Positions 48,198-61,604 of a stretch of DNA of 64,000 bases are shown piece by piece (position 1 is the stretch's first letter; each line of letters begins with the position of its first letter). The translations under genes and the position numbers were made by a program. The stretch comes from Octopus vulgaris (Eukaryota). The stretch covers positions 17,112,001 through 17,176,000 of the forward strand of contig OX597823.1 of NCBI GenBank assembly GCA_951406725.2, written 5' to 3'. The notes beneath the pieces were generated by a model. The model saw nothing but the letters and a program-made list of their open reading frames with translations, made no database searches and was not told where the DNA came from.

Positions 48198-51100
48198 CAT
48201 ATATACGACAGGCTTCTTTCAGTTTCCGTCTACCAAATCCACTCACAAGGCATTGGTCGGCCCAGGGCTATAGCAGAAGACATTTGCCCAAGATGCCACG
48301 CAGTAGGACTGAACCCGGAACCATGTGGTTGGTTTTCCTCTTTGAGATATCATCATCATCTGTCTATGCTGGCTTTGGTTGGATGGGTGCTACTCACCTT
48401 GATCTTTTGTCATCTCAGTTATCAAGTCCAATCTTCCAAGATTTGACCTCACCATTTCTTACACACTTTGTTAGTGACCAGGTTATAGATGTACCATGAA
48501 TCTTTTCAACACTTTAGAGCAACCATTGTTATCAAAAACTGAAACAATTTTGAATATATTGTGTGTTGTAAATGGCTATCTGTACACTTTCATGATGTAA
48601 TTGTTTGCAATAACTTTATGGTATGATAAAATGTACCAGCTTGTAGCTGTGGGGTTCAGAAGTTTACAATCTCAAGTTCAGCCACACTGTCTGGCACTTT
48701 GGACAAGTGTTTTCAACTATTGCCTTGGGCTGATGAAATTCTTGTTTGTGAGTAGATTTGATAGATAGAGCTTGGAAGAAGCCTGTCATATAAATACACA
48801 CACACACACACACACATGCATTTGTACCCTTATTTTCACATCATGTGATGTTTGTTCCTTTCCAGTCTTTTGTGAAAAAACATGTTTGGTATTGGGAAAT
48901 ATTACCTTACTTGGAAACCAGTGGGGGTTGATGATAGGAAAAAGCATCTGGCCCTATAAAATACCCTAGAATTTTCTTTTAGTAGTATTCTGCTCTGAAT
49001 CACATTACACATTAATAATTATGAATGATAAATCACACAAGATTTATATAAAATATACACATTTGATGTATGCTAACATATTTACAAAGTAAGAAAACAG
49101 CACAGCTCCCATGACTTCAGGGAACATTTTTTCACGCTGAGAGTTGCTGAAGCATGGAACGAACTGCCGGCATCAGTTGTTAGTTGTCAGAGCACTGCAT
49201 CCTTCAAAACTTCCATGCTTCCTGAGATTCGCCAACACTACACTTGATTTTCTCCCCTCCATACACACACAAGCATGTATCTGACTCATACATTGTTCAC
49301 TTTCCAGACATTTCTACATTACTGCATGTACTTTATATGCACTTTCTGACAAGTTGTGGTGCACCTGAGCACTGTATACAATAATTTCATTATTATTATT
49401 ATTATTATTATATCTTTCTATGTCCTTTTCTTTGTAGAATATCTTGTGAGGCTGCTAAACTTTTACTGGCTGATTATAACAACAAGTATGTGGCAATTGT
49501 GGATAATTTTGATACCACTCAAGGTAGTATATTTCAGATATTATTCATTTTGCATAATTACTTACAGAGTTACAGTTGGCTGAGTTTTTGATTATAGAAT
49601 CACAGCTTGCTTGGTATATTGGTCTACAAGATGAAATATCTTAATGTGTATTCTGTAACTAATGCTGTGCTGTGTCTGAAGGATAGTCTCAGTGACTCAC
49701 ACCACCTTAGTGTGCATTGATTGTTGGTTTTATTGTTTAGCCACAGATTAGCCCTGATTGTTCAGACCTCTGATGAAAGGCATCCCAGCTGTGACTGTTC
49801 TATCCATTTTTTAACCCTTTAGTGTTCACACTATTCTGCCAAAATTAATCCTTTTTTATCCACATTGCCTTGAACTAATCAGGCATTATCTTGTAGCTTT
49901 GAGATTTTGATGAGGTAGCTGTTAATTTTTAAAATGATATTGTAGGGCTGGTGTGAGAGACCAGATCCGGTCAGTTTGAACATAAAACAGGCAGAATACT
50001 TTTGGCCGGATATGGCTGGTTTAAATGCTAAAGGGTTAAAAAAAGCTTTGTGTGACTAGGACTCAATCATCCAATATGCCCTCTTTTTAAAGACAATGGG
50101 TGTGATATAAGGGAAATTCCTCTGCTTGTTGCTAGTGAAGTTCTCATGTAAAAGCTTGCACTTGAGCTTAGCTTCTGCTTAACGAAGACATACTTTGGAA
50201 TCCTTTAAAAGCTCAACAGTCCAGACTATGTAGCTATAAGCGACACCATAGAGTTATATAATTCTATGTTGTTATTTAGCTCCAGATAACCTCTGCACAT
50301 TGTCAATCTGCCAATTTACACTGACAAGGTTTGTTTTGATGTGGTTGAAAATACAAATTTTGGTTTATTGGTATTTTCCCTTCATTAACTAATTTTTCAA
50401 TATTAATGGAATCTTTTCAGGTTTGAATAATTTTGCTGGAGGAGCTCTTCATCTTTGCAATAGAAATAGAAATGGTAAGTTCTTTATCAAATTTTGTTTC
50501 TTTTGTTTGATCCATTGGTTTAAAAAAATCTCTCTGTATATATAAATGGCAAAATGTCTGCGTGTGTGTCCTTTATACAAATCCACAATTTTTCAGTTAG
50601 AGAGCTTGTACTTTCTATGGTCATTTAAAACCATCCAAGGGTGTTCTTAAAACCGTCCAGCTGGCTATATGACATGATCTGTGTCCTTATATTTTCGAAC
50701 AAGGAAATCTAGCTGAACAATTATTCTGTGCTGATGAAGGGAAATAACCTGGAAATCGTGATACACAGATATTGTTTTGAGCTGAGTTGGGGTGCTAGAT
50801 TCCCTTGTTCGAAAATATAAGGACACAGATCATGTCGTACAGCCAGCTAGAGACGATGTCTCCAGGGGCTAAATTACAGCAACATTCATCCTAAACCAGG
50901 ACTGCCATGTTATTTTGGCAAACAATCTTTACTCCAAAGTACTGTTGCTGAATATCTCTCATTGTGAGATTTACAAATAGTAATTTCCTAATTAGAAATC
51001 ATTCTTCAAAATTGGTTGAGTTCTTAAAGTATCAAATGAAATAGATTGCCATAGTTGTTCTGGAATCTTGCATTCTGAGTTCAGATTGCACTGAGGCCAA

Positions 51101-54100
51101 CTTTGTCTTTCACCCTTCAAGGGTTAATGAAGAGAGAACAAATCTAGGGCAGTGGACATCAGAGCATCAGATGGGTTGCCTGGCACTTTTTGTTTTGGCT
51201 ATTTGTGTTCAGAGTTTAAATCCTATTATATTTTACTCAGGTGGTAAACTTAATCTGTCATCCAGTTTAACACCATCGCCTGGCACCCAGAATGCTTTAA
51301 GCAGAGCCCACTCTCTTACAAGCATTCAGGACATGTCTTTGGTTTGAGAACTTCTTCCTCCCTTTCACCAGTCTCAGAGGCTCAGAAAGATGAAAAAAAT
51401 GATGCTGAAGCAGAACATCATTATCATCATTTAACATCTGCTTTCCATACTTGCAGGGGCCTGATGGTTTGACAGGGGGTAGAAAGGCTGGGAGCTGCAC
51501 CAGGTTCCATCGCCTGTTTTGGCATGGTTTCTACAGCTGGATGCACTTCCTAATACCAACCACTTTACATAGTGTACTGGGTTCTTTTACATGGCATTGG
51601 CACCAGTGCTTTTTATGTGGCACCAGCACGGATAGGGTCACCAGGCAACTTGCAAGACAAAACTCCTTGACTGGGAGGGAAGAAATAATATTGAGGTGGA
51701 GGTGATTTCGTGCCAGTTGAGAGATTAAGGGTCTAGAGGGTCAAAGATAGGTGTCTTATTGTAGAGTAGATACATAGATACCCCAGTTGGAAGAGAAAGG
51801 TGAGCAAATTAGAGAGTAAGAAAAAGAGAACAGGTGAGTGAAAGAAATCTCACTTGAGTTGAAATCTAGGTAACAGAATTTTGCATATAATCAGACATAG
51901 CTTTTGGAATATTCATGAGTATGTGGTTTTATAAAGCTGACGCAAGCTCTTGGCTGTTAATCAAGATCTTGTGAAGTTTGTATTAAGCCATGTCCCTTCT
52001 TAATCTGTTGGAAGGGTTTACACAACCAGTTTGTTAAAAGGCAATTCATATTGTTTTTTTTTATGAGTTATATTTATGTAGTTAAAACAACAATGATCAT
52101 TATGATTTTTAACAGAGGATCCCTGGACTGGAGATACGTAAAAAGCACTATCCGAATTGTGGCCGATGCCAGCGCTGCCTCGACTGGCTTCCGTGTCGGT
52201 GGCATGTAAAAAGCACCGTCCGAATCGTGGCTGAAGCCAGTGCTGCCTCAACTGGCTTCCGTGCAGGTGGCATGTAAAATGCACCAATCCGACCGTGGCT
52301 GATGCCAGCCTCGCCTGGCTCCAGTGCAGGTGGCACGTAAAAAGCACCCACTACACTCACGGAGTGGTTGGCGTTAGGAAGGGCATCCAGCTGTAGAAAC
52401 ATTGCCAGATAAGACCGGAGCCTGGTGCAGCCTTCTGGCTTCCCAGATCCCCGGTTGAACCGTCCAACCCATGCTAGCATGGAGATGATGATGATGATGA
52501 TGATCACTACCACCCCTTTTTTGAAACTGTTTAGTTGACCCTCTTACTAATTATCTGGTACTTACTTTGTCAACTCAAAAAAGATGAAAACCAAAGTCAA
52601 CTTCAGTGAGAATTGAACTTTGAACACAACTACATGCATGCAGATGGGTTGCCGTACATACATACATACATACATACATCATCGTTTAACATTCGCTTTC
52701 TATGCTGACATGGGTTTGACGGTTTGACTGAGGACTGGCAAGCCAGTGGGCTGCACCAGGCTCCAATCTGATCTGGCAATGTTTCTACAGTTGGATGCCC
52801 TTCTTAACACCAGCCACTCCGAGAGCGTAGTGGTTGCCTTTTACACATCACCAGCACGGGAGCCAGTCAGGGGGCATTGGCATCAACCATGTTCAGCAAA
52901 ATGTTTTGTCCAGCAAAATGTTTTGTCTTCCTGTTTCCCTAATCCAAATAATTAAAATTGTTAAAGGCCAGAAATTTGATGGTAAGGATTAGTTAATTTG
53001 ATTGATTCCAATATTTTACTAATACTTTATTTTCCTGACCCCAGAAGGATGAAAGTTGTAATGTTAGTAGTAGAAGCAGCATCTGTAGTAATGAGGATTA
53101 TGATGATCTAATCTTAATTTCAGAGAGCGCCAACTGGAAGTCTTCACTAACTCCTGAAAATGTTTTAGATATGGAATGCCTTAAGCAAATTAGAAAAGAA
53201 TCAAAGGTTTGTCTTTTAGTATTCTATATATATTAGTAATTCTTCTGTATTTCATATGTAATGGTTATTTTTAATACCTTGTATATATCAGTAACCCTTT
53301 AATATAGTGTGTGAGTGTATATGTGTATACTCTTTACTCTTTTTACTCTTTTACTTGTTTCAGACATATGACTGAATCGAGCAACTCGACCCCAGGACTT
53401 ATTCTTTTGTAAGCCCAGTACTTATTCTATCGGTCTCTTTTGCCGAACCGCTAAGTAATGGGGACATAAAGACACCAGCATCGGTTGTCAAGCAATGCTA
53501 GGGGGACAAACACAGACACACAAACACACACATGCATATATATACATATGTACGACAGGCTTCTTTTCAGTTTCCGTCTACCAAATCCACTCACAAGGCT
53601 TTGGTCGGCCCAAGGCTATAGTAGAAGACACTTGCCCAAGGTGTCACGCAGTGGGACTGAACTCGGAACCATGTGGTTGGTAAACAAGCTACTTACCACA
53701 CAGCCACTCCTGTGCCTTATATATATATAGTTCAAATGTACAAAAAGCCAGAAGACAGAGACATGTGAGGGAACAACAAAGTGTATTATTTTGACACTCA
53801 AGAAAAATGGAGAAGTCTTTGATGTTTCAAGCTTATGCTCTTTGCCAGAAAAAAATGGGGAAAGAAGCAGAGAGAAAATTTTAAAAAATACGCATCTGGA
53901 TTAATGATTTCACATGTCAAATTATACCTAATTTCTTTTTTACTATTCTGTATATCTCAGTAATCCTTCAATGTTCTATATGTACCAGTGATTCTTCAAA
54001 TATTATGTGCTGGAGAAAACCTTTCCATCCCATGCATATATATATGTAATATATATTAGCATTACTGCACAGCATATTTGCCATAACAACACTGTCTCTT

Positions 54101-57100
54101 ATGTGATATATTTCTAGGAATCATCTGGAAGATTCTCTCAGCCTCCAGAAGAGAAACCATATCAGTCTGTTTCCTGTAAAGAATTGCCAATACCTTCTGA
54201 AGCAGTAAAAGACACAACTTCAATGGTGAACCATTCTCTAGATAAACTTGTAACACGTGGGTATATGGTTTTATAAGGCTGATGTAAATTTTTCATATTT
54301 ATGTAAATTATGATAATCGTAAAATATAATATAATTCCCAAACTTCAGATCATATCCTTTTTTTTTCTTTTTTATCCTTTTCCTGGTTTCAGTCATAGAA
54401 CTGTGGCCATACTGGGGCACCACCTTCTCAGACAGTGAATTATATCAACTCGGGTGCTTATTTTATCAACCTTGGTCGAAGTAAATCTGGGAAGGATTTT
54501 GACTCAGAAAGGAAGGGGATATATAACCAGATATCACAAGGGATTTTTATTAATGCTCTGCTGTTAATTAAAAATAAATTTTTATCAAAAAGTAATAAGA
54601 GCTTTATTTTTCTCTGTGCCGGTGGCACGTAAAAAGCACCATCCGATCGTGGCCGATGCCAGCCTCGTCTGGCACATAAAAAGCACCCATTACACTCAAG
54701 GAATGGTTGGCATTAGGAAGGGCATCCAGCCGTAGAAACATTGCCAGATCAGACTGGGCCTGGTGCAGCCTTCTGGCTTCCCAGACCCCAGTTGAACCGT
54801 CCAACCCATGCTAGCATGGAAAGCGGATGTTAAACGTTGATGATGATGATGATAACAAAATTTAAAATCTTTTAAATGTAAATAAACATAAAACAAATAA
54901 ATACAGGGCTTTGATATAATTGACTAAAACTTGAAGAGATGGTGTCCCAGCTTGACTGCAGTCTAATAACTGAAACCAGTAAAAGAATAAAAGACGAACC
55001 CATGCATTCTTTATTTCTTTGTTCATTTATATTCTTTCAGATAAGGATGAAAATGTACCACCATCTGTTAAAAATGTTAATAAAGTTAATAATGTTAATA
55101 ATACATCTTGTTTCAAAACCAACAATGGGCTGTCTCAGAACCATTCAAATTTCAAGAAACTGACTGCATTCACTACAATTGGTCAAAATTCCAACTGTAA
55201 TAACTCTTCCAAAGACATGAAAACATCACCATCACCGTTCCCTGAACATAGAGACACGGTTTCTAACTTGGGTTCAGCTCAACAAAATTTCCAGTTTTCT
55301 ACCAAAAACCAGAGTAACCAGAATACTGTTGGAAGTTATTCTGAGAGAATGTTCCCTGAAAAACCTGTTGCTGACCAACCTGTGAATCGAAGTTTTTTCA
55401 GCAAAAAGCCTCTCTTTTCTAAATCAGGTATATATGATTGCTGCTTATTTTTTTTTATAGAAAAAACTTGTAACAGACGGAAATTTTTTATTCAAAGAGA
55501 AATATGTGTCCTGTCATGATTGTCATCATCAACTGAATTGATGAATCCATACGGTAACAACACAAATTTGACAATTGCTCAAGATTATGTTAATATGTTT
55601 GTTCCTTCTTGAGCCACGCCTGGCTCATAAGGGCTGGTTTCCTGGTTTCCTTGGCGTATAGGTTCCCCACCTGGACGGGATGCTGGTCCATCGCAGGTGA
55701 GCTGCAAGATGCAAGAGGAAAGAGTGAAAGAAAGTTGTTGCGCAAAAGAGTCAGCAGAAGTTCGCCATTACCATCTGCCGGAGCTGCGTGGAGCTTAGGT
55801 GTTTCGCTCATAAACACATTGCCTGATCTGAGATTCGAACCCGTGATCCTTTGACTGTGAGTCTGCTGCTCTAACCACTAGGCCATGTGCCTCCACTATG
55901 TTAATATGGACTGTTGTTATTCAGGTATTTTAAAATAACAAACAAATCTTTCCAACCTACAGATATCAGATTTTGGACATTGATTAAGGGATAATCTTAT
56001 CTGTGTGTGTATGAGCATATGTATTTCTTCTCTTGTAATTGTAAACTACCAAACAACCTTTCTAATTCAAGTAATTTATATTGAAGAGAACATTGATTTA
56101 ATCTTTCATTTTTCTCTTGAAGTGACACCTGCAGAAGAACCAAATGCCAGTTTTGGTGCTAATCAGTTTCCAAATCGGAGAAATAGACCATCAGTATGTT
56201 CTTACCTTTATTGGTTCTCTTCTTTATTATTCTTTTACACTTCTATAATTCAAAAGGCTACTCATCATTTCCTAAATCACAATAATCCACTCAATTTATC
56301 ACTACTTTGGGTTTCCATTGTGTCAACCAGATACAAAGTAAATCTTCTCTCTGGATGAGATGTTGGTTTGTTGGCAGTTAACTTTCTCATTTGTTCATTA
56401 GTTCATTTAATGTCTGTTTTTCCATGCAAGCATGGTTTCAATGGAAATTGATTTTGAAGCAGGATTATAAAATGATCACAAGCTTATCCTGTCACTTACC
56501 TTCGCCTATTTTTCAGGTAAGGGATTTTAATATTCCATACTTCTTTGAAACTTAAGTTAGTTAAGTTAAGTTAATTTTTTGGCTCAAAAAGCAAAAAGCA
56601 AGGCCATGTAGGGGGACATGGAGTTATGTACAGGGAGGGTGTTCATGCAAAGAGTTCAGGCCATTTCTGGTCAAGAGAGACTTTGAACCGAGCGGTCGTC
56701 GGCATCTTCACTATCTCGTCCAGCAGCTTATTCCACGGATCCGCAACACGGACGGAGAAAGCCCCTCTCCTTCGATTGAGATGAAATCATCGCAGATAGA
56801 ATAACTGTATAGAGTAACTGATAGAGAAAGTATAGAGTAGCTGTTCATAATGTCAACAAAGAATACCAACATCAACATTGCTTCACTCACATAGTGACAA
56901 ATAAAATACAAACATTCAAGATGCCAGGACCCCTGGACTGGTGGTATGTAAAAAGCACCATCCGAATCGTGGCTGAAGCCAGTGCTGCCTCGACTGGCTT
57001 CCGTGCCGGTGGCACGTAAAATGCACCAATCCGACCGTGGCTGTTGCCAGCCTCGCCTGGCACCTGTGCGGGTGGCACGTAAAAAGCACCTATTACATTC

Positions 57101-59591
57101 ACGGAGTGGTTGGCGTTAGGAAGGGCATCCAGCTGTAGAAACATTGCTAGATAAGACTGGAGCCTGGTGCAGTCTCCTGGCTTCCCAGATCCCCGGTCGA
57201 ACCGTCCAACCCATGGTAGCATGGAGAACGGACGTTAAACGATGATGATGATGATGATGATGATGCACATTCATCTGCAAGCATACATATGCATATGTAC
57301 AAACTCACATATACTGTCGTGTATTGAAAATCCTATTCAATATATAACGAATGCTGTACATTTGTTTAGAAAATTAAAAACTGCCAGTCACATGGCATGC
57401 ACGAGTTTTTTGTGAACTTATCCGGTTTTTCTGTATATTACAATCAAAATTAATGGGGACATGCAATTGATTCCATCAGTACAGTATTATGGTTGATGCT
57501 GTTATCCCTTCTCATACATTCTGCTGTTGGTTGTGCTTCTACTACGGCAAAATAGAAATTCACAGTTTACTGCTGCCGTAAATCCTTGAGTATAATCCAC
57601 ATATTTTCCCCAAAATTTAAAGGTCAAAATCCCTAGTGCATACTATATATGAGATTAAAAATGAAATATATTTTCTAAGCAATGTCCGAGTCTCTATTTG
57701 CTGTCCGGCAATGTTTATTCAGACACATTTTGTGATGTCGGGCACAAAAATACCTTAAGCTAAGCCTGAAAGCAATGAAGTCATAAAAAAATCATCCATA
57801 ATTTGCACTAAGCAACATTTATTAAAATAAAAGTATTCAGAATAACATGTAACAAAAACAATTTGCAAACATATTTACATTCCCATATAACAGTTAAGAA
57901 CATCACCATTATTGTATTACGCATGCGCGAAAGCGTTTGTTCGACTAGGTGCTGCTGGCTTAATTACACATGACTCAGGTTAGAGAAAGGGCGCGTATTA
58001 TACACAAGGTTTAGGTTTTTCAGAGGTACAGCTCCCTAAAAATCCCCTGTGTATTATACTGAAGGGCGGACTATACTCGAGGATTTACGGTATTTGATCG
58101 GTGTTCCTTTACCTGTGCTATGCAAATTACAAAAATTGACAATGGCATCACCGATAGGATCAACGTGCTTAATGAGGTGGCAAGCATTGTATATTGAACT
58201 CCTAATCAATATATAGCGTATACGCACGACATGCTTAATATGGTATCCATCTACTGCATTCACTCACAATACTTTCACTTTTATAATAATAACCTTTTCT
58301 TCCTTTGAGTCTTAATATATTTGCATTGCTTTCCATGAATTATTTTCTGAATTATTTGCATTGAATAACACTTATTATTCGCCGTTAGCACGTAAATCGT
58401 GCAGGTGGCACGTAAAAGCACCCATTACACTCTCGGAATGGTTGGTGTTAGGAAGGGCATCCAGCTGTAGAAACTCTGCCAGACCAGATGGGAGCCTGGT
58501 GCAGTCATCTGGTTTGCCAATCCTCAGTCAAATCGTCCAACCCATGCTAGCATGGAAAGCAGATGTTAAACAATGATGATGATGAGTTAATGATTTCTGT
58601 GTTTTTTTTTAACCCCTTAATAGTCAATCATATCGGTCATCAATCTTTTGATATGAATTTGACTTTTATTTCAAGTATCAATGGAAATAGTAGTTGTGAT
58701 ACCTGTGCCGGTGGCACATAAAAAGCACCATCCGAACCTGGTTGTTGCCAGCGCCGCCTCGACTGGCTTCTGTGCCAGTGGCACATAAAAAGCACCATCC
58801 GAACGTGGCCGATGCCAGCGCCGCCTTGGTTGGCTTCCGTGCCGGTGGCACGTTAAAAGCACCAACCGATCGTGGCCGATGCCAGACCCCCCGGCACCTG
58901 TGCAGGTGGCACGTAAAAAGCACCCACTACACTCGCGGAGTGGTTGGCGTTAGGAAGGGCATCCAGCCGTAGAAACACTGCCAGATCAGACTGGAGCCTG
59001 GTGCTGCCCCTGGCTTCCCAGACCCCGGTCGAACCGTCCAACCAATGCTAGCGTGGAAAATGGACGTTAAACGATGATGATGATGATGAGTTCTGAAGCT
59101 CTATAAGCTTTTAAAGATTTGTTCATTTATTTGGTCATATATTGGTTTAATATTTGTTTAGTATTGGTTTAATATTTGTTTAGTCTTGGTTTATTATTTG
59201 TTTAATATTGGTATAATACATTTGATACTTTTCAAATGTATGAGGTAAATAATCTTGTTTTCTTACGTTCCAAAGTTCTGGAAATCTGGTCATTACAACA
59301 GTAAAGGTGCTTCAGCTGCTGATGTTTATGATGATGATGATGATACTGAAAGCGATAACATGGTGGATAAAAGATCTAGTAACTTCCGTACTGCTAGAGA
59401 ACAGCTGGTAAGAAAATGGATATGTTTTTGTTTGGATTGTGGCTGTGTGGTAAGTAGCTTGCTAACCAACCACATGGTTCCGGGTTCAGTCCCACTGCGT
59501 GGCATCTTGGGCAAGTGTCTTCTGCTATAGCCTCAGGCTGACCAATACCTTCTGAGTGGATTTGGTAGACGGAAACTCAAAGAAGCCTGTC

Positions 59592-59647
<56 letters not shown>

Positions 59648-60830
59648 ATGTCTGTGTTTGTCCTCCTAGCATTGCTTGACAACCGATGCTGGTGTGTTTA
59701 CGTCCCCGTCACTTAACGGTTCGGCAAAAGAGACCGATAGAATAAGCACTGAGCTTACAAAGAATAAGTCCCGGGGTCAATTTGCTTGACTAAAGGCGGT
59801 GCTCCAGCATGGCCACAGTCAAAGTGACTGAAACAAGTAAAAGAGTAAAGAGTAAAAGAGTATATAATTGGGTTTGATTTAGTTAGCCTCACTTCTGCAT
59901 GTAGTTGACTCAATTCAAGGACAAAACTGTTGCCTTAGGATGGCCTTTCCCTTGGATAACATCAATGGTGTGGTGAGGGTAGATCTGCAAACAGGATAAC
60001 TGTAGGTCTTCCTCAAAAAAACCTTGCTCTGTGTTGTGCATACATGCAAAGGCACATGATCAATATTGACTGATAGAGGCAAAGTGTATGTATGTATGTG
60101 TGTGTGTGTGTGTATTTCGTTATTAGCAATTGAAGCAGCATTAGTTCAAAATAGCAAGCTATATATCATACTTAAAGCAGATATATTGTCGAAAACTTGA
60201 GTGAGAGAAAGCTGTGGCGAAAGAGTCAGCAGAAGTTCGCCATGACCTTCTGCCGGAGACGCGTGGAGTTTAGGTGTTTCGCTCATAAACACATTGCCCG
60301 GTCTGAGATTCGAACCCGTGATCCTTCGAAAACTCCAGTATTCATCTTGGGAAAGTATCTGTTATAGGCTGCTATTCTGAGCAGATACTGCTTCTATCAT
60401 GAATAACGAATTTCTATTCAGCCTCCCAACTTATTGTGACATCATTGATTTCTTTAATCACTGTTTTTCTATATTAGTTGAGGCTAAATTTGTCTCAGTA
60501 TGCAGTTGCAAATAAATGCTTGCTACAGATGATGCTCAGAGATGCAGAAATATGGATTTAGCAATGAAACTGCTGCTGCTGGTGGTTTACATCTGCTATC
60601 AATATATATTTCTGTGTTTTTTAGCACTACACATCTATCTACACATCTAACAATGTATCTGCTTTAAAATATGATATATAATTATATTTCATACAGTAGC
60701 TGCAGATCAATACCTGTAGGAAATACATGAGTGTTGTGGGAACCAATGAGAAGTCTAGGGTCTGGTCAGTATGGTTGCGACATAGTTGACAAGACTACCA
60801 AGGCTCACATAGTAGAGTTAAGCTGAGCAG

Positions 60831-60912
<82 letters not shown>

Positions 60913-61556
60913 TAGCAGTATTGCCCGGCGTTGCTCGGGTTTGTAAGGGAAATAACTATATAAGCATTTTTAGAGATGTAAAGTATAATAGCCATCTCAA
61001 TATGGCTAACCACAAAGGGGCGGGGGTGTTACTGTAGCTTTTTACGTTCTTAGATTTAATAATAAATATTTAGAGAGTTACTTCCCTTATATATGCCAAA
61101 AATGCATTAAAAATGGGAAAAATTGATGGTTAATTTTTTTTTAAATCGTAGACTCATCTTAGACATGCGCTAATACCCAGAAGGGCTCGATATGAATCAC
61201 GACTATAAGATACCCGGTTTTGGTTAAACTGCACCGCAAAATGTGGGAGTAGTTAGGAATCTAAATCGTAGGAGACAGACAGCACACAACCTCACTTTTA
61301 TATATAACAAGCAGTAAAAGCGCATTTCAGTTTTATATATAAAGAAGATATATATATAGGGAGAGTTTACGAAAAAAACAAAAGACGAAGACAGGTGGTG
61401 TACAAAACAAACAGATGTATTAGTATAACGCTCAGGAATAGAAAAAGTCTTTTACGTTTCGAGCCTACGCTCTTCTACAGAAAAGGACACAGAAAAAACA
61501 AAGAGAGAAACACGGAGAGAAAAAAATGTGTGTAGTGGCTAACGATCTATCATGGC

Positions 61557-61604
<48 letters not shown>

